From: Raillietiella orientalis
Taxonomy: Eukaryota
Assembly: GCA_036172245.1 (NCBI GenBank)
Contig: JAYWIR010000113.1
Span: forward strand, 1 to 64,000
Length of the DNA stretch: 64,000 bases
Direction: 5' to 3'
Part shown: positions 26,901 through 39,646 of the stretch, in pieces
Layout of the letters: every line of letters starts with the position of its first letter
Position numbering within the stretch: the stretch's first letter is position 1
Notes under the pieces: generated by a model
The model's database searches: none
What the model was told of the DNA's origin: nothing
What the model saw: only the letters and a program-made list of their open reading frames with translations
Position numbers and translations under genes: made by a program

Positions 26901-27503
26901 ATCGCAGGCAAGGAAAAGAAGAGGAGCTGTTGGACCATGGGAGAACTGGCAGACGCCACGACCCCGAGTGTCCTCCAGCGTGGACTTCGTAGATGGGGCG
27001 AGCTTCTCGACATCCAGACGGATAACCTGAAGTGGCCCCCAATATCAATAGGATCCAGGCTTCTCCCCCTGAAGTGACAAGAGTCGGCGCTGCTGCTGTT
27101 GCACTGGGGTCTACACTGCAACGCGCGCCGCTTCCCCTGGACACGGAAAAGTGTAAGGCCTTAGTGTGCAAGGTGTGGGGAGCGGGAAGCGCTCCCACAC
27201 CTACTTGTTGACTGTGCTGCCCTCCGACCCCTGTGAAAAAGGCTCAGAGACGTTCTTCGACCCCTCTTCGTGCGGGACGCCCTGCAGCCTGCCGCAGCCC
27301 TCGCAGCCCTCTGCTATATCCGGGGCATCGTGGCGGCCTAAGGCAACATTCGCGACGAAGGATTGGATGCCAACGCGAGGGATGTCATCCCGTATGCGGT
27401 CTGCTTCATGCGGAAAGCTGCGACATGGCCTCATCTGCGAAGCATAAAGAGGGACCTGGAGAGCATCTTGGGAAGGATGGGCCCTCCTCCCATTGGAATG
27501 TGA
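23945..27503 (+). pseudogene. ORF2 EN-RT-zf, disrupted
   Basis: ORFs 23978-25180, 25247-25684, 25780-26073 and 26191-26646. Confidence 0.88.
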
Positions 27504-27717
27504 TCCCTTCTCCTCCCCACAAACTCTTTTGGTTTTTTTTTCATATCCTAATTTTTCTTTTTGTTTTCATCCCCATCCCCCTCCACTGCGGAGGAGCGTC
27601 ACGCCGGGCTGCCCCCGGCACCCCTGCAGGTCCTGTGTTGTGTGGCCGTTAGTGGGGCCTCGTACCACGTTCTGTAGAGTTTTGAAAATAAACGCACCGG
27701 GCGTACCCGGGTGGAAA

Positions 27718-28480
27718 CCATAAATCCCGCAGGTAGGCGATGCAGGGGGAACTGGTCGTAGAACTCCTGGAACGACCGCTAGAAGCGCTCCCAGTTTTGA
27801 GGTGTCTGCACGCTGACGCTCCGAATAATCGCGCGGAGCTGTTCCGCCGCGTCGGGAAACTTCATGCAGTCCCCTGGCAGACGCCACGCTGACAAGGGGG
27901 CGTTCTTGTCGCGCGGACGCACTTCGAACATGATCCGACCATGGTCCGACAGCTCGGATGGTACCTTGCCGCGCCTGCCCACCCGAGAGCATAGGCGCTG
28001 ATCAAGGTACACGTGATGGATGCTGCTTCCCATGGCCGTATCCCCGGCCAACAAGTTGCGCGTGTTCATTTCTGCGCACAACTCGTTGATGCGGTCGTCC
28101 AGTGCATCCGGCGCACCTGAAAGCAGGCGCAGATTGAAATCACCTACGATCAGGTGCGCTTTACGAACTCCTGCATCGGTCAGCCAATCGCGTCTCAGGG
28201 CAAGGTAGAATTCCCTTCTTGCCTTCGCCCTGAACGCGTTATTTCCGCTAGGAGCGCATAGGTTAGTGACGACCAGGTCGATAGAGTCGGACCAGCTGAG
28301 AGTCAGCTGATCGACGCGACCTGCGTCATCGAACCGAACGTCCTTTATTGCGGTCTCGATTTCTTGAGAAGCAAGAAGGCGACACCGCTTCATTCCGCGG
28401 TGCCCCAACGCCACAACAACCGTCCACCCGAGATCCGTTCGATCTCTTGCGCTCTTACAGTTCAGACGTGTTTCCGCGTC
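27718..28480 (-). mobile_element. Family beta endonuclease fragment cut at LPAGF
   Basis: ORF 27779-28492 (GDFN, SDH); close to 41536-42240. Confidence 0.85.
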
Positions 28481-28689
28481 TATGCGCGCCAATGATCGGG
28501 CATCTTTGTGCCTGCGTTTTCGCTCGCACTTGTGTGTTCCTGTGCAATCTGCCTAGTAGCATAGTGCAACATGTCCAGTACACAGGATAGTGTGGAGGAG
28601 CAAGCCACTGGATGCAATTCAGCTGCACTTGAAGTGGTTGCACACTCCGTAATGGTTTCCTCGTACCCAGTGAGGAGTTAGGCCGCCGT

Positions 28690-29791
28690 TACCTCCCAAA
28701 AACCAGGACTTTGCGATGCGGAGTTCCAGGCATATGTGTCATCAGGATACATGCCTGCACTCCGTTATAAGGTCAGTGCGCCCCTTAACGGGAGAATCGG
28801 TCGAGAGCTCAATGATGAGCTCGTGCGCATCCGCGTTCGCGAGGAGGAACTCCTTGCCACAATGCCAGCTGGAAGGATAAAATATACGAAGATTCGGTTC
28901 AAGAACGCAGCACTTGTGCAGCGCCTTCTCCGTATGCCGTCGACCACCAATGGAAAGGAAGTCGTACCTACCGCGATGGACGACTCTTTTGTCGTTCAAT
29001 TGTGCGACATCGAACCGGAAATCTCCGAGCGCGATGTCGTAAGTGTGCTGGCAAAGTTCGTCACCGTGCACGCTCTGTGGAGGAGGCCAATTCCTCTGAA
29101 GGATTTCCCCTCTGTCCACATTGAACAAGCCTCCGCGCGGATTACCGTCAAGAACAGGGGTGTTGTGCCTGAGCAGCTGTAGGTGAACGGCACGGTCGTT
29201 CACCTGTGGTTCATAGGCCAGACTTGCGCGTGGGAGCAGTGTGGCAAGCATGGGCACCGAATTATAGAGTGCCCCTCTCCAAAATGCTGCTATTGCAAGA
29301 TTCTGGTACTTGCAAGAAAAAGAGCCGCAGCGGAAATTCGTCGGTTTTAAGAGACCACTGCACGAAAAGCCGCAGCGACAAATAAAAAACGTCGTCCGCA
29401 AAAACTCGGAAAAAACAACGAGCGATCCTCGGATGAAAAGAAAGGGTCCCCGCCTACAACGCCCTGAAAGGGGAAAGTCACGGCGGGGAAGCCAATTAAA
29501 AAGGGGCGCGAGGATTTGACGCGTGCCGTGCCCTCCCTCCCTGCCGAACTCTCAGGCACCTCTCCGAGCCAGGAAACAGGTAATCTTCGTTTAACCCTGG
29601 AGGGAAAGGTAGGAAAACAGGAAGATCGCAACAGTGCGAATACTTGTTGCCCCGTTCCGTTGTCCCTTCCAAGTTCCGCACAGCCCTACTGCAGCGCAGG
29701 TCCCTCGGCAAAGGCTACGAAAGCCGTAAAAAGCAGCGTCACGATAAGCAAAAACCCGCTGCATGCAGTCGCCCCATCGCCGACTCGGCAG
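28690..29791 (+). mobile_element. Family epsilon ORF1, N-terminal half
   Basis: YMPALRYKVS...VHALWR; homologous to ORF 52605-53462. Confidence 0.8.
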
Positions 29792-30096
29792 TTTCCCCCA
29801 AGTCCAACGAGGGGTGGGGTAAATTTATCTTTCTAAAATTTTTCTATAAAAACATTCACACTAGAATCTCATCCATACCATTAGCACTTTGTTTACCACT
29901 ATGAAGTCCTTGGGTTCTCACACGTTCTGCACTCATGGTGGGTTCCCTGCTGTTTGGTCCCGGGCGTCGTCTTCTTTCCTCTTCAGGATGAATCGGTACG
30001 TCCACGCTCGGCTTTTCTCACAGATTCTAATGCCGATTTTCCTCTTCAGGAGCCCTTGTAGGATCTCCATCGGTGGTGCGGCACTTCTGGCTTTCC

Positions 30097-33000
30097 TCAT
30101 TTTCCACCACCGAGTAGTATGGCGGTGATAAAGAGGGCTATGGTCGTCCTCACCATGGGATTGTAACAGGGAAAATTACCATCCCCCTCAAACATCCCGG
30201 CGAGGATCTCCATTACGGACCTTGTGGTGAGTCTGATGATCCTTTTCAGGATCAGCCAGTCATGCAGCAATGTGGCAAACGTCAAGACGTGAAGTCTAGT
30301 GTCGATGTCTCTAAATGCTGTGCAGTCTCGATCTTCCCTTATTCCAGTGTAGTGCTGCAATCGGGACCCACTCGGGATTCCTCCATGATAAAACATCAGC
30401 AGGTCATCCTGCGTGCCCGGCGGAAGGTCACTTCTCCAGAGCGTCGTGCCAATCGCTAACAGGTTGATTCGGTCACTCCCGTAGCGATCGGCGGCTTCCT
30501 GGAGGGCACTAATATCACTGCCTTCTTCTTGAATTAGTCTTCGGAGGTTTGTTTTGGTTACCCTGGACCACGCAAAGTCGTTGTGGCTGAACCACACTTC
30601 GCGAGTCATGTGGGTAAACCTTCCTAACATCATCTCTATATACCTAAGTATAGGAGTGTTATGTAGGTACCCTCCACGTTTCCACTCCTGGATTCGTTGA
30701 AGGGTAACTCTGGACCGCTGGTGGATCCAGCTTCTCGTGTTCGGCGGGACAGGAAGCATCCAAGGGATCACCAGGATGGACTCGTCCTGCCAGAGTTCCC
30801 TACTTCTCGGCACGATCTTGATTTTGTGCTTTCGCACCAGCCGTTGCTTCCTCGTCCAGGTTGGGTCGATTTAATTCCATTTGCCTGCTCGGCCTAGCAG
30901 CGCACTGATCAGGCCTTCGAGTTGTTCAACAACAACGCGTAGGCCCTGTGCGACGCATGCGGGCAGTAATCCCAGTGATTGGCAATATCCAGGATGTGTC
31001 GCGTATTCATGATTTCTAAGGAGTGTACAAGCGAATTCATCGCGGAATTGTCTTCTTTCCTGGTACGACACAGGGGCTTTAGTCGGACTCTTGGGCGATA
31101 GTGGCCCCACAGTCTTTTCCTCTGCAGCTTGTCGAACTCCCTCGTGCTGTCCTTGTTTATCCTCGCGAAGGCCGCCCCGAAGAGCACTTTTGGAAGGAGT
31201 ACTCCGTTTTATATGTTGGCCTTTCGCTTCATTTCAAGGTCAGTTCGGGTGTACCTGGCTGCTTCCTTGGCCGTTTTCCCTAGGATCTCGGTCCACAATA
31301 TCTTCGACGCGGTGACGTCGCCAATGTAGACACCCAGGTACTTGGCCTTGTCCACCGTTCGGAATCCTCTCCCCGCTAAAGTGGAGAGATCGAAGATTCC
31401 AAAGGGCAAGAGCTGGCTTTTCTGGGCGTTGATCTTTAGACCCAGCCCTCGATCCATCAGGTCTAACACATCCAGAAACGCTTGTTGATTTCTCTCTCCC
31501 TTGATAAAGAAGAGTAGATTATCAGCGTATGCCAGATAAGTTAGACGCTGCCCATCGATTGTTAAGCCTTGCAGTCGTCCGCTTTTCTCGATAAAGGACG
31601 ACAACCCCTCCATGTAGATGACGAACAGCATCGGACTTAGCGAATCGCCCTACGGGACACCCCGTTCCATTCGGATTGCTGCCGTCTCCTGGCCGTTAAT
31701 TTTAATTCGGCAGTACTGGTTCTGGAGTACCACTCTCACGAAGTTGCTGAAGTGTTCCGGAAGGCCTAGTTTCTCCAGAACCTTCAGCAGCATCCCATGG
31801 TCGATCGTGTCGAAAGCCTTCTTCATGTCAGTGAACACCAGCGCCAGATTCTCGTCGACGTATCGGCTGAGTCCGACGGTGTCCTGGGCACACTTGACAT
31901 TGTCCAACATGTGAAGTCCAGGGACTGCACACCTTTGGACGGAAGAGATGATCCTCGACAAGATCTTGCCTAAGCGGTTGGACCAGATCTTCGTGAACCA
32001 CTTGGCTCCCGAGTTCAGGAATGAGATTGGCCTCCGTTGAGCGACTTGCGTGAGGTCGCCTCCTTTTGGCAACAATCTCATCCGACTCTCGTAGAAGGAC
32101 TGTGGAAGTCTTCCGTCTTCGCGGATGCAGAGGGTCCACTGGTGGAACAAACGCAGGTAGGCATGCAAGTACCGCTGATAGTGAGTGATGGGTACGCTGT
32201 CTGGGCCCGCTGCCACGTCCTTGCGTAGTTGACCAAACGCAGTCTTCACCTCGTCTTCGGAGAATTGCTCTTTCAGTCTGTTCCGCTGGAGGTCGTCGGT
32301 CGTCTTCTCGAGGTAGCTCAGAAAGTCCTGTTGTCTAGAGCGACAGAGATGTTTTCGCCTGAAGTGTTTCGTGTAAAGCCTGTGAAAAGCATCCACGATG
32401 TTTTCAGACGACTGTCGCTTTTCACCGTCGTACTGGATGCAGAAGATATCTGTTGCCAGATTTCTTTTTTCCAGCACGCCGACTTCCCCTTTTATGTTCT
32501 TGAAGTCGTACCGACTCTGGTACTGATCGCAGTACTTTGATAGTGAGCGATCTTGGTTGTTCAGATCCCGGTACGCCTCCTGCCTTAATCGCCTATCCCC
32601 GAACTGCAGGTTTGCAAACAGGTGTATCCTGTGTTTCAGGCGGTCCCTGCCGGCGACTCTCCGGATTGTTGTTGCCTTCAGAATCGTCTCCAGGACAGCC
32701 TGATGTCCTGGATGAGTTTTGAACCAGGCGAGCATGCTGATGAGCGCCGTCCTGGTGCCTTGCTACCGTCGAGGATTCTCCGTTCTTAGAAAAAACCGCA
32801 GCAGGGGGTGATCGGACACCGTGGTTATAATGATTCGAAAACCTTGGATGCGATTCCCAAGTTCGGTGCTGCGCAGGACGTAATCGATCGGCGTGTGACT
32901 TGCAGTTCGCCACTCCAGTCCGAACTCTTCGGATAACCACCGATACGCCGTCCTTCCTCTGGAGTCTTGGGAGTGAGCGATCTCATCCAATATGTTGAGA

Positions 33001-33449
33001 TCGTTAGCAACAATCACGACGTCCTTTGGGGCAACCTTTTCACGGAGTGCTGCATGCAGCGCCTCCGCACAACAATGTTTTAGCCTGTGCGTCCCGTACA
33101 CGTTCACCAGGATGAGGTGAACAGTAGCGGACCAGGCCAGTCGCACGCCGATGATTCGTCCGTGTTATGGACAGAACACTCCCAGAATAGTGGAGGCCAA
33201 GCTGTTCTTGATTAGGACCGCCACACCCTGCGTGTTCCGTTCTCCCTTGCTGACGAAAATCTGCCCGTTAAATCGCCGTTGCATTTGCTGACTAATCTCG
33301 AGACCCATCTTGTGGTTCTCCTGCAGGCACACTATGTCTTGTTGTGCGATGGTTCGCACAATACATTTTCTTTTTCCCTGGTCGACCATACCGTTTACAT
33401 TCCAGGAGGCGATGTTCAGCCTCCTGGCGGTCGACAGGGAATAGGCCAT
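30097..33449 (-). pseudogene. ORF2 EN-RT of family zeta, frameshifted
   Basis: ORFs 33165-33554, 32763-33146, 31650-32735, 31209-31631 and 30097-30837. Confidence 0.88.
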
Positions 33450-33462
33450 AAAAGGGGAAGAC

Positions 33463-35145
33463 CTATTTCTTGGTCTTCCTGAGCTTCCTTTGTGTGAGAG
33501 AGCGTGCTCTTCCAGACGATAAAGAAGCAGCGGGCTTCTCGCTGCCGGCGTCACTTTCTGTTCCGGTGAGGTCGATTACTTCCGCCTCCTCCGTCGATTG
33601 TTCGGCCCAAGCGATCAATTTTCGAGATATCGTCTCTATCTCGACCTTGGCGCAGAAGTTGTCCCTTACGTCAAGAAGCTGTTCCTCTAGCTTTTCGCGC
33701 TCGGTGACCTTCACAACCTGGTTGACCTTCTCCTGTGCATTGCAGATCTTCTGCAAGAATTTCTCTTGCTGGGAACCGCTCTGTACCTCTAGGACTTCAT
33801 TAGCCAGTGATGCCAGCTCCTCCGTAGATTGCAGAACCTTGTGCGACACCGAAGTTTCTTCGGCTATGTCTTCTACCGCGCCTTCCAGCGCTACCTCTAT
33901 CTTCTCACCTTCTTGCTCTTCATTTTCCAGGATAAGAGGCGTTTCTAGCTCCTTGACGAGCATCCTCCTCTTTCCTTTCTTTCTTACCTCAATGAAGCCG
34001 TCCGCCGATACCTGGACGGCTTTCTTCACCTTCTCCGGCCTTCCTACCTTCTGAAGCTGTTCCGCCTTCTTGGTGTTTCTCTCTCTCACGGGAGAGAGAC
34101 CTCGAATCCTTCTGCAGTTTGCAAACTTCGGACAGCTCCATTTGGCATGTCCGTGTTTCTTGCAGAAGGAGCACTCCTTCGCCTGCGGGCAGTTTCGTAC
34201 TTGATGTCCTACTGTGCCGCAGCGGAAACAACGACACGTTGGGCAAGCGCCGGCCCCTTGGCCGAACTGCTTTCACCCGGTGTAGAATATCGGTTGTTGC
34301 CGGTAACGCACGTTCACTCCCTTGGATTGTCCGTCAAGAACGGCTAATCCAGGGATCACAGCCCCCTCTTTCAACTTCATTTTGGCGATCATGTCGCCAC
34401 AAAATCTATTTCCAGAGATGTTCTGAAATTCAAGGTCCAGAACTTCCCCATACTGCTCCAAAAAGTTCCACACCGTTAGTTGCGGTGTGAGAATGGAGAT
34501 GCCGTTCAGAAAGACGGTTGTGTATGACATTTTGCCAATACCACAAACCATCCTCCCTTGCATATTGATCCCCTTCTGGATTAATCGCTTTCTAATATTT
34601 TCACAGTCTGTGAAGACTGTGAACCCGTTATTTGCCGGTATGATCACCTGTATGCGATAAAAATTGATATCCGTCTTATCGATGCACAGATACACCTCCT
34701 TGATTTTGTTAAATTTTATCAGCTCAGTCTTAAAAATGATAAGCTTTACATTCGGCCTTAAATCCACAATTGGCTGATCCACCTTTTGGACTTTGCCGCA
34801 TAGCAACTTCCCAAATTTTCTTGGTGGGTGGACACTCGGTTGTCCAGCCGCCACCGACGCATAGGAAAAGGGCTGCGCCGCCGCAGCCGAACAAGATGGC
34901 GTCTCGCCCTGCACCGCGTGGACGCCCGTGGGTCCTTACTGGGTCGCCTCCGCCGCGAGCGAACCTTCGACGTCGCCACCGTTGCCACAGCGGGCGGCAC
35001 CCTCGGCATCGCCGCTGCAGGCGCGACCTTCGCTGCCGCGGGCACGACCCTTGGCATCTCCGCCTCCGGCGCAGCAAAGCTCGCCGCGAACGCGATCCTC
35101 AGCATGCCTGCCACCGCCTCGCCGTTGCCGCGCGTTACCTCCATG
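33463..35145 (-). pseudogene. ORF1 of family zeta, frameshifted
   Basis: AMEV N-terminal motif, RRM-like segment (LEQYGEVLDL), CCHC remnants near 34100-34270, acidic coiled-coil tail. Confidence 0.75.
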
Positions 35146-35194
35146 GCTTCTATAGGGGACGACGGTCTCTCAGCCAGCAACGCCCCCAGAGAAC

Positions 35195-36615
35195 GCAGCG
35201 AAAATACCAGAGGTTTCCGCAACTACTGTTGCGGAAGCCTACGAAAATCGCAATGGCGAATGGAAGGCTGTGGAGAGGAGGAAAGAAAAATCTCCAAAAG
35301 AAGCGTCGCAGCATCTATCCCTGAGCTCTTCAAAGGAAAAAGCAGTCGCGCGAATACGTAAACACGCGCAGCTTGTGCCTCTTTCCAAGAAAAAGCCAGC
35401 AGCCTCAACGCGTGAAGGTCCGCTTAAGTGACCGCCGAGAAGACAATTCCGTGGCAATCGGACGGATGCAAGCGCACGTCGATCGTGCGAGCATCAGACT
35501 CCGTAAAGGAGTCCGATAGCGCCGCTGAAGGACGCATTACTCGCACAAGAGCGAGCGCCCGCAGGGCTGGAGCCCTGAGGCGTGACACACTCGCCGCGAT
35601 ACGGCGAGTGCTCACTCCGCAACCCACAGGTTCTGCACCCGGGGAGGAGCACTCGATTATGTACAGCACAGTTGAGGCTGGTGGCAACGGCGCCCTCCAG
35701 CCCGTCGTGCTGCTTACTGCCCGCTCGCCCGGTGAGGCGAGCACCACGGCCTCGCTTTGCCAGCCGTGATGAGGGCAATCGCCTCTTCTCGTCGTGCTGC
35801 CGTGATGAGGGCAATCGCCTCTTCTCGTCGTGCTGCCGTGACGTCTTGGAACGTCAACGGGCTCCCACAAGAGGAGAAGAGGCGACTAGTGGCTCACGCT
35901 CTGCGAGCTTTCGACTTGACGCTCCTGGAGGAGATTCACAGCATCTTCGAAGAGCAGGCTGCCGAAATCGAACAGCGCGCGGGCGGAACGCTACTTTATA
36001 GGTGCTGCGTTGCACGTACGTGCGTTGTCGCTTTCCTCGTGCGAGGAACTTTGCAGGGAGCGGTGCGCACCGTTCGTTTCGACACGGAAGGCCGAGTGGG
36101 ATAGCTTGTACTCAAGTGGTCCGACTCGATCGACCTTGTCGTAACCAACGTGTACGCCGCGCCGTGCGGTGCTGGGCGATATGCCGAAAGGATTGAGTTC
36201 TTCGGTACCGTTAAAAGCCAGTGCCTTACTCGATCTCACCCTGCTGTGGCCCATTTCATTGCGCGGGCTTTAACGTCCTCCTGCTTTCCGAGAATATCTC
36301 CCACAAAAGGGAAAAGTTGCTAGCGTAAGGGATGTGCGCGTCCGTGCACGCGCGCAACTTCTTTGCTAGCGACCCTGTTATGGCAGCCACGCTGGACCAC
36401 GTACACCTTGATGAACACTTGCTCTCTCGACTGGGTCGGAGAGGACCCGTGCCGTCCGTACATTCAGACCACGACAGGCTCGAGTTCGAGTTGCTCCCGC
36501 CAGGCAGGGTGCCTCCAAACTGTTTTTGGAGGATGCTGGAAGACTAGCTAAGCCAGCCGGAGGCAACTGAGCATCTTTGCTAGTACCTTCTCGGATTTGC
36601 CATAAGAGAGCTCGA
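35195..36615 (+). mobile_element. Family epsilon: ORF1 C-terminus and endonuclease, cut at GFAIREL
   Basis: LQPVVLL ORF1 tail, TGATG junction 35767-35771, SWNVNG, SDH. Confidence 0.85.
35763..35834 (+). repeat. Exact 36-bp tandem duplication at the ORF1/ORF2 junction
   Basis: gccgtgatgagggcaatcgcctcttctcgtcgtgct present twice. Confidence 0.95.
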
Positions 36616-39600
36616 TTTTCACCCGGTTGCGGCGGGACGTTTATTCTTTGGAATAAAACAAACGTTGGTGGCTCACCAGGTGGTCCGGCCACGCACTGAT
36701 ATACAAAATTTAGCCTGGCGGTTCACCGGTTCGTATTCCGACACGGTCCTTCACGACAGCAGAGGGGCCAAGGACAAAACAAAAAATAAAACAAAAAAAA
36801 GAAATATATAAAATCAAGATCTGGGAGGCACGGGAAGGGAGCACATTCTGCTGTTGGGCCGTTACATGCTTTGCAGGATGCCGGCAAGCAGTTTTTGCAT
36901 GTTTGAATCCAGGGGGGTCCATCCTGTCGCCGTCCGCATAAATTGGGCTGCACACTCGAGGGCACCCTTATCGCGAGGTCCTCTTGTTGCTTTGCTCCAT
37001 GCAGCGACGATCCCGCGAAAGCAGCTCAGAGATCGTAACGAGGCCGAGGGCCGAAGGGAGTTGCAAACGAAGAGGGATGTAATTGCGTCTCCGGGGTTGC
37101 CACAGGGGTTACCGATTGCCCTGGCGAAACGGTTCCAAAGGTGCCAAAGAGCCACACAATCCGAAAGGAGGTGAGTGAGGGACTGCCGTTCTCCATACCT
37201 CGCACAATTAAGGCTCACCGCTCCCCAAATCCAATGGTGTCGGCGGACGTTGCATGGGAGTCCCCAATACAGCAACAATAGCGCCGACTCCTGCCATTTT
37301 AAGGAAAGGGTGGAGGTGTTCATCAGCACCGGGGGTCACTTTAATTGTTCTCGCGGAACATTTAGCAGCTCGCCTCAGCGCAAAAGTTTAATGAGGGTGG
37401 TAGTCCGGGCCGCGGTATCGCAGAGAATTCCCGTTTTTTATTACCCGATCTTTTTCTCCGTACCCGAGATTTTGACGTAAACATCCCATTTCGCAGCGGT
37501 GTTACCGTTTAAATGTTCCGCGAGCGGAAACAGCATTGCAGCGAGGGGAGTTTTTCTTGCCCACGCTCGTTTTTGGGGGTTCTCCAGGACCTCCTGGAGC
37601 GTCAGGCGGTCATTATGGGTGAAGAATTGTTTCTGCCCTTCTTGAGTGCGTTGCTGGTTGCTCTTTGCCCACGTCTGAACCGTTTCCTGCAGCCATGCAG
37701 GTCCGTTAACGGGCAACAGCAGAGCCATCCTGCGTTCTTCCTCGTCAGGTCAGCCACTCTCCGTAGCTGCAACCCGCAGTGACCGACTTGGCGGCGCCGA
37801 CGGAGCGCAAGGAAGGATGACAGTCCCACCTTGCCTGTAGCCTGCTCGACGAGAAGACGTGCGGGCTCGCACCAACTGCCACTCCAATATTTCGCCACTA
37901 GGGAGAGTAACCGAAACTGGAGCTGGAGGTTCAGTTGCTCTAGCGTCAGGAGGCCGAGACCGCCGTCTTGACGCGGAGCGCTCAAGTCCTCAAGCCGGAC
38001 TGGTTCCCTCCCATTACCCCACAGGGCAATCCTTAGGAGATCCTTCGTCCGCTTTTTAGTGTTTGTGGTGGGGGGAATAACAAAAAGCAGGGAACGGAGG
38101 AGGGGCGCCGCGAATCCGTTCCACACCGCGGCCCGTCCCGGCACGAGAAACCTGCGGACTTGGAACGGGCCGATCTCCGTCTCTACTTTTTGAAGGCAGC
38201 TGGACCACACATCCCAAGGGAGATATTGACCCTTCGGCAAACCGAGGTACTTGAAGTATTGTACCGTGGGGACCCCCAAACGGACCCAGTTTGGCTGCCC
38301 TGCCAACGCCGAACCGAATGGCATGACGGACGACTTCGCCCTGTTCACCACAAGCCCGGGTCCCCGACTTAGCAGGTCGAAGAACTCCTCGACCACCGAT
38401 GCCGGGGTGGACATAGGGAGCATCAGAAGTAGGTCGTCCGCATATGCTGACAGCGCGGGCGTACCGGGATAGTCGCGCGGCAGGTGTGCTAGAGTTTCCC
38501 TCTACGCTCTTAGTACCAACTCAAAGTAGGTGCTAAAGAGCAAGGGACTGAGGCTGTCGTCCTGCGGTATGCACCGCTACACCGGCACGCCGTACGCCAT
38601 TTGACCTCTGAAAGAGATATTGATGAACGCGCTGCGCCAGCAAGAGCGCAGGTAGATCAGTAAGGAGGGAGGGAAGCCCATGCGTCCCAGGAGCTCCAAC
38701 AGGAGATCCTCGTCCACGCAGTGAAACGCCTTATGCAGATCGACTGCAATCGCTAGGGTTCCCTTCCCCTCCTGGAAGTCCTGTCCCTGCCCGGCTGACG
38801 CTCCCAAAGCGGGGCTGCCAACCGTTCCGTCTTTCATTTCTTGCCTACACTGCACATGAAACCATGTGCTCGCGAAGAAGAGGTCGGCATCCATACTTCG
38901 CCCGGGAACAGCGTAATTTTGCTCCGGTCTAATTATGGATTTGGTCACCTGCCCCAAACGCGAAGCTTACAGTCCGCCGATCAGCTTCGCGTCCGTATTC
39001 ACAATTGTGATGGGACGCCAGTTGCTGAGTTTCCTGAAGTGGAATCCTTATGAAAGGATTCTCACTCTGGCTGAACGAAAAGATGCGGGTACATCGCCTT
39101 TATCTCGGATCAGCCTTGTCAACTCAAGCACCAGGGGTGCCAACTCTGCCGCGATGCATTCAAAAAACTCCGCAGGCAGGCCGTCCTCCCCTGGTGCTTT
39201 CCGCCTCTTGAGACTTTTGATACCGGCGAGAATTTCGCCGGTGGTAAAAGACTCGTCGAGGCTTTCCTTCTCCTCCTCCCCTATTGCCGGGCACCGTCCG
39301 GAAGCAAGGCCCGAAAGGCATCTTGGTTCGGGAGCGCCCTGGCGCAAAGAAAGGAATAATAACGCCGCACGAGGTGCCGTATTCTAGCCGGTGCCGAGGG
39401 CTCCCGGCCCTGTTCGTTCAGCAGGCTGGCGGACCCGGATTGACAGGCTTGAAGTTCGACCCCGGCTCGGTACTCTGCCAGGCGACGGACTTCAGGTGTC
39501 CTCGCGTAACGACAAGCATACAAGTACGCTCTTTCGTTACGGACGTCTTTCCCAAATCCCCAAGGCAGGAGGTGCAAGGGGAACTTCTCGCAAATCTCGC

Positions 39601-39646
39601 TGACCGAGACCTTAAAAAGGTCCCAATCAGCGAGATTTCGGAGCGT
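36616..39646 (-). mobile_element. Family beta element, 3' part (linker, RT, zf, 3' UTR)
   Basis: KAPGEDG, DLHKAF, YADD, zf ORF 36862-37329; ends aataaacgtcccgccgcaaccgggtgaaaa. Confidence 0.88.

Larger units (their letters stand above)
22113..27717 (+). mobile_element. Family gamma retrotransposon, near full length, degenerate
   Basis: 5' motif gtacgtg at 22126; ORF1 22212-23945; EN ORF 23978-25180; RT and zf; AATAAA 27687 and hairpin ccgggcgtacccgggtggaaa. Confidence 0.92.
29792..35190 (-). mobile_element. Divergent family zeta L1/Tx1-like element, near full length, inserted antisense in epsilon ORF1
   Basis: ORF1 pieces 34758-35222, 34273-34914, 33463-34089; ORF2 from ATG 33449 (SWNVNG, LQE, SDH, DMKKAFD, YADN, KYLG). 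Confidence 0.88.

Noticed and set aside
29770..35230. TSD around the zeta element
   Set aside because: No convincing direct repeat could be found at the two junctions.
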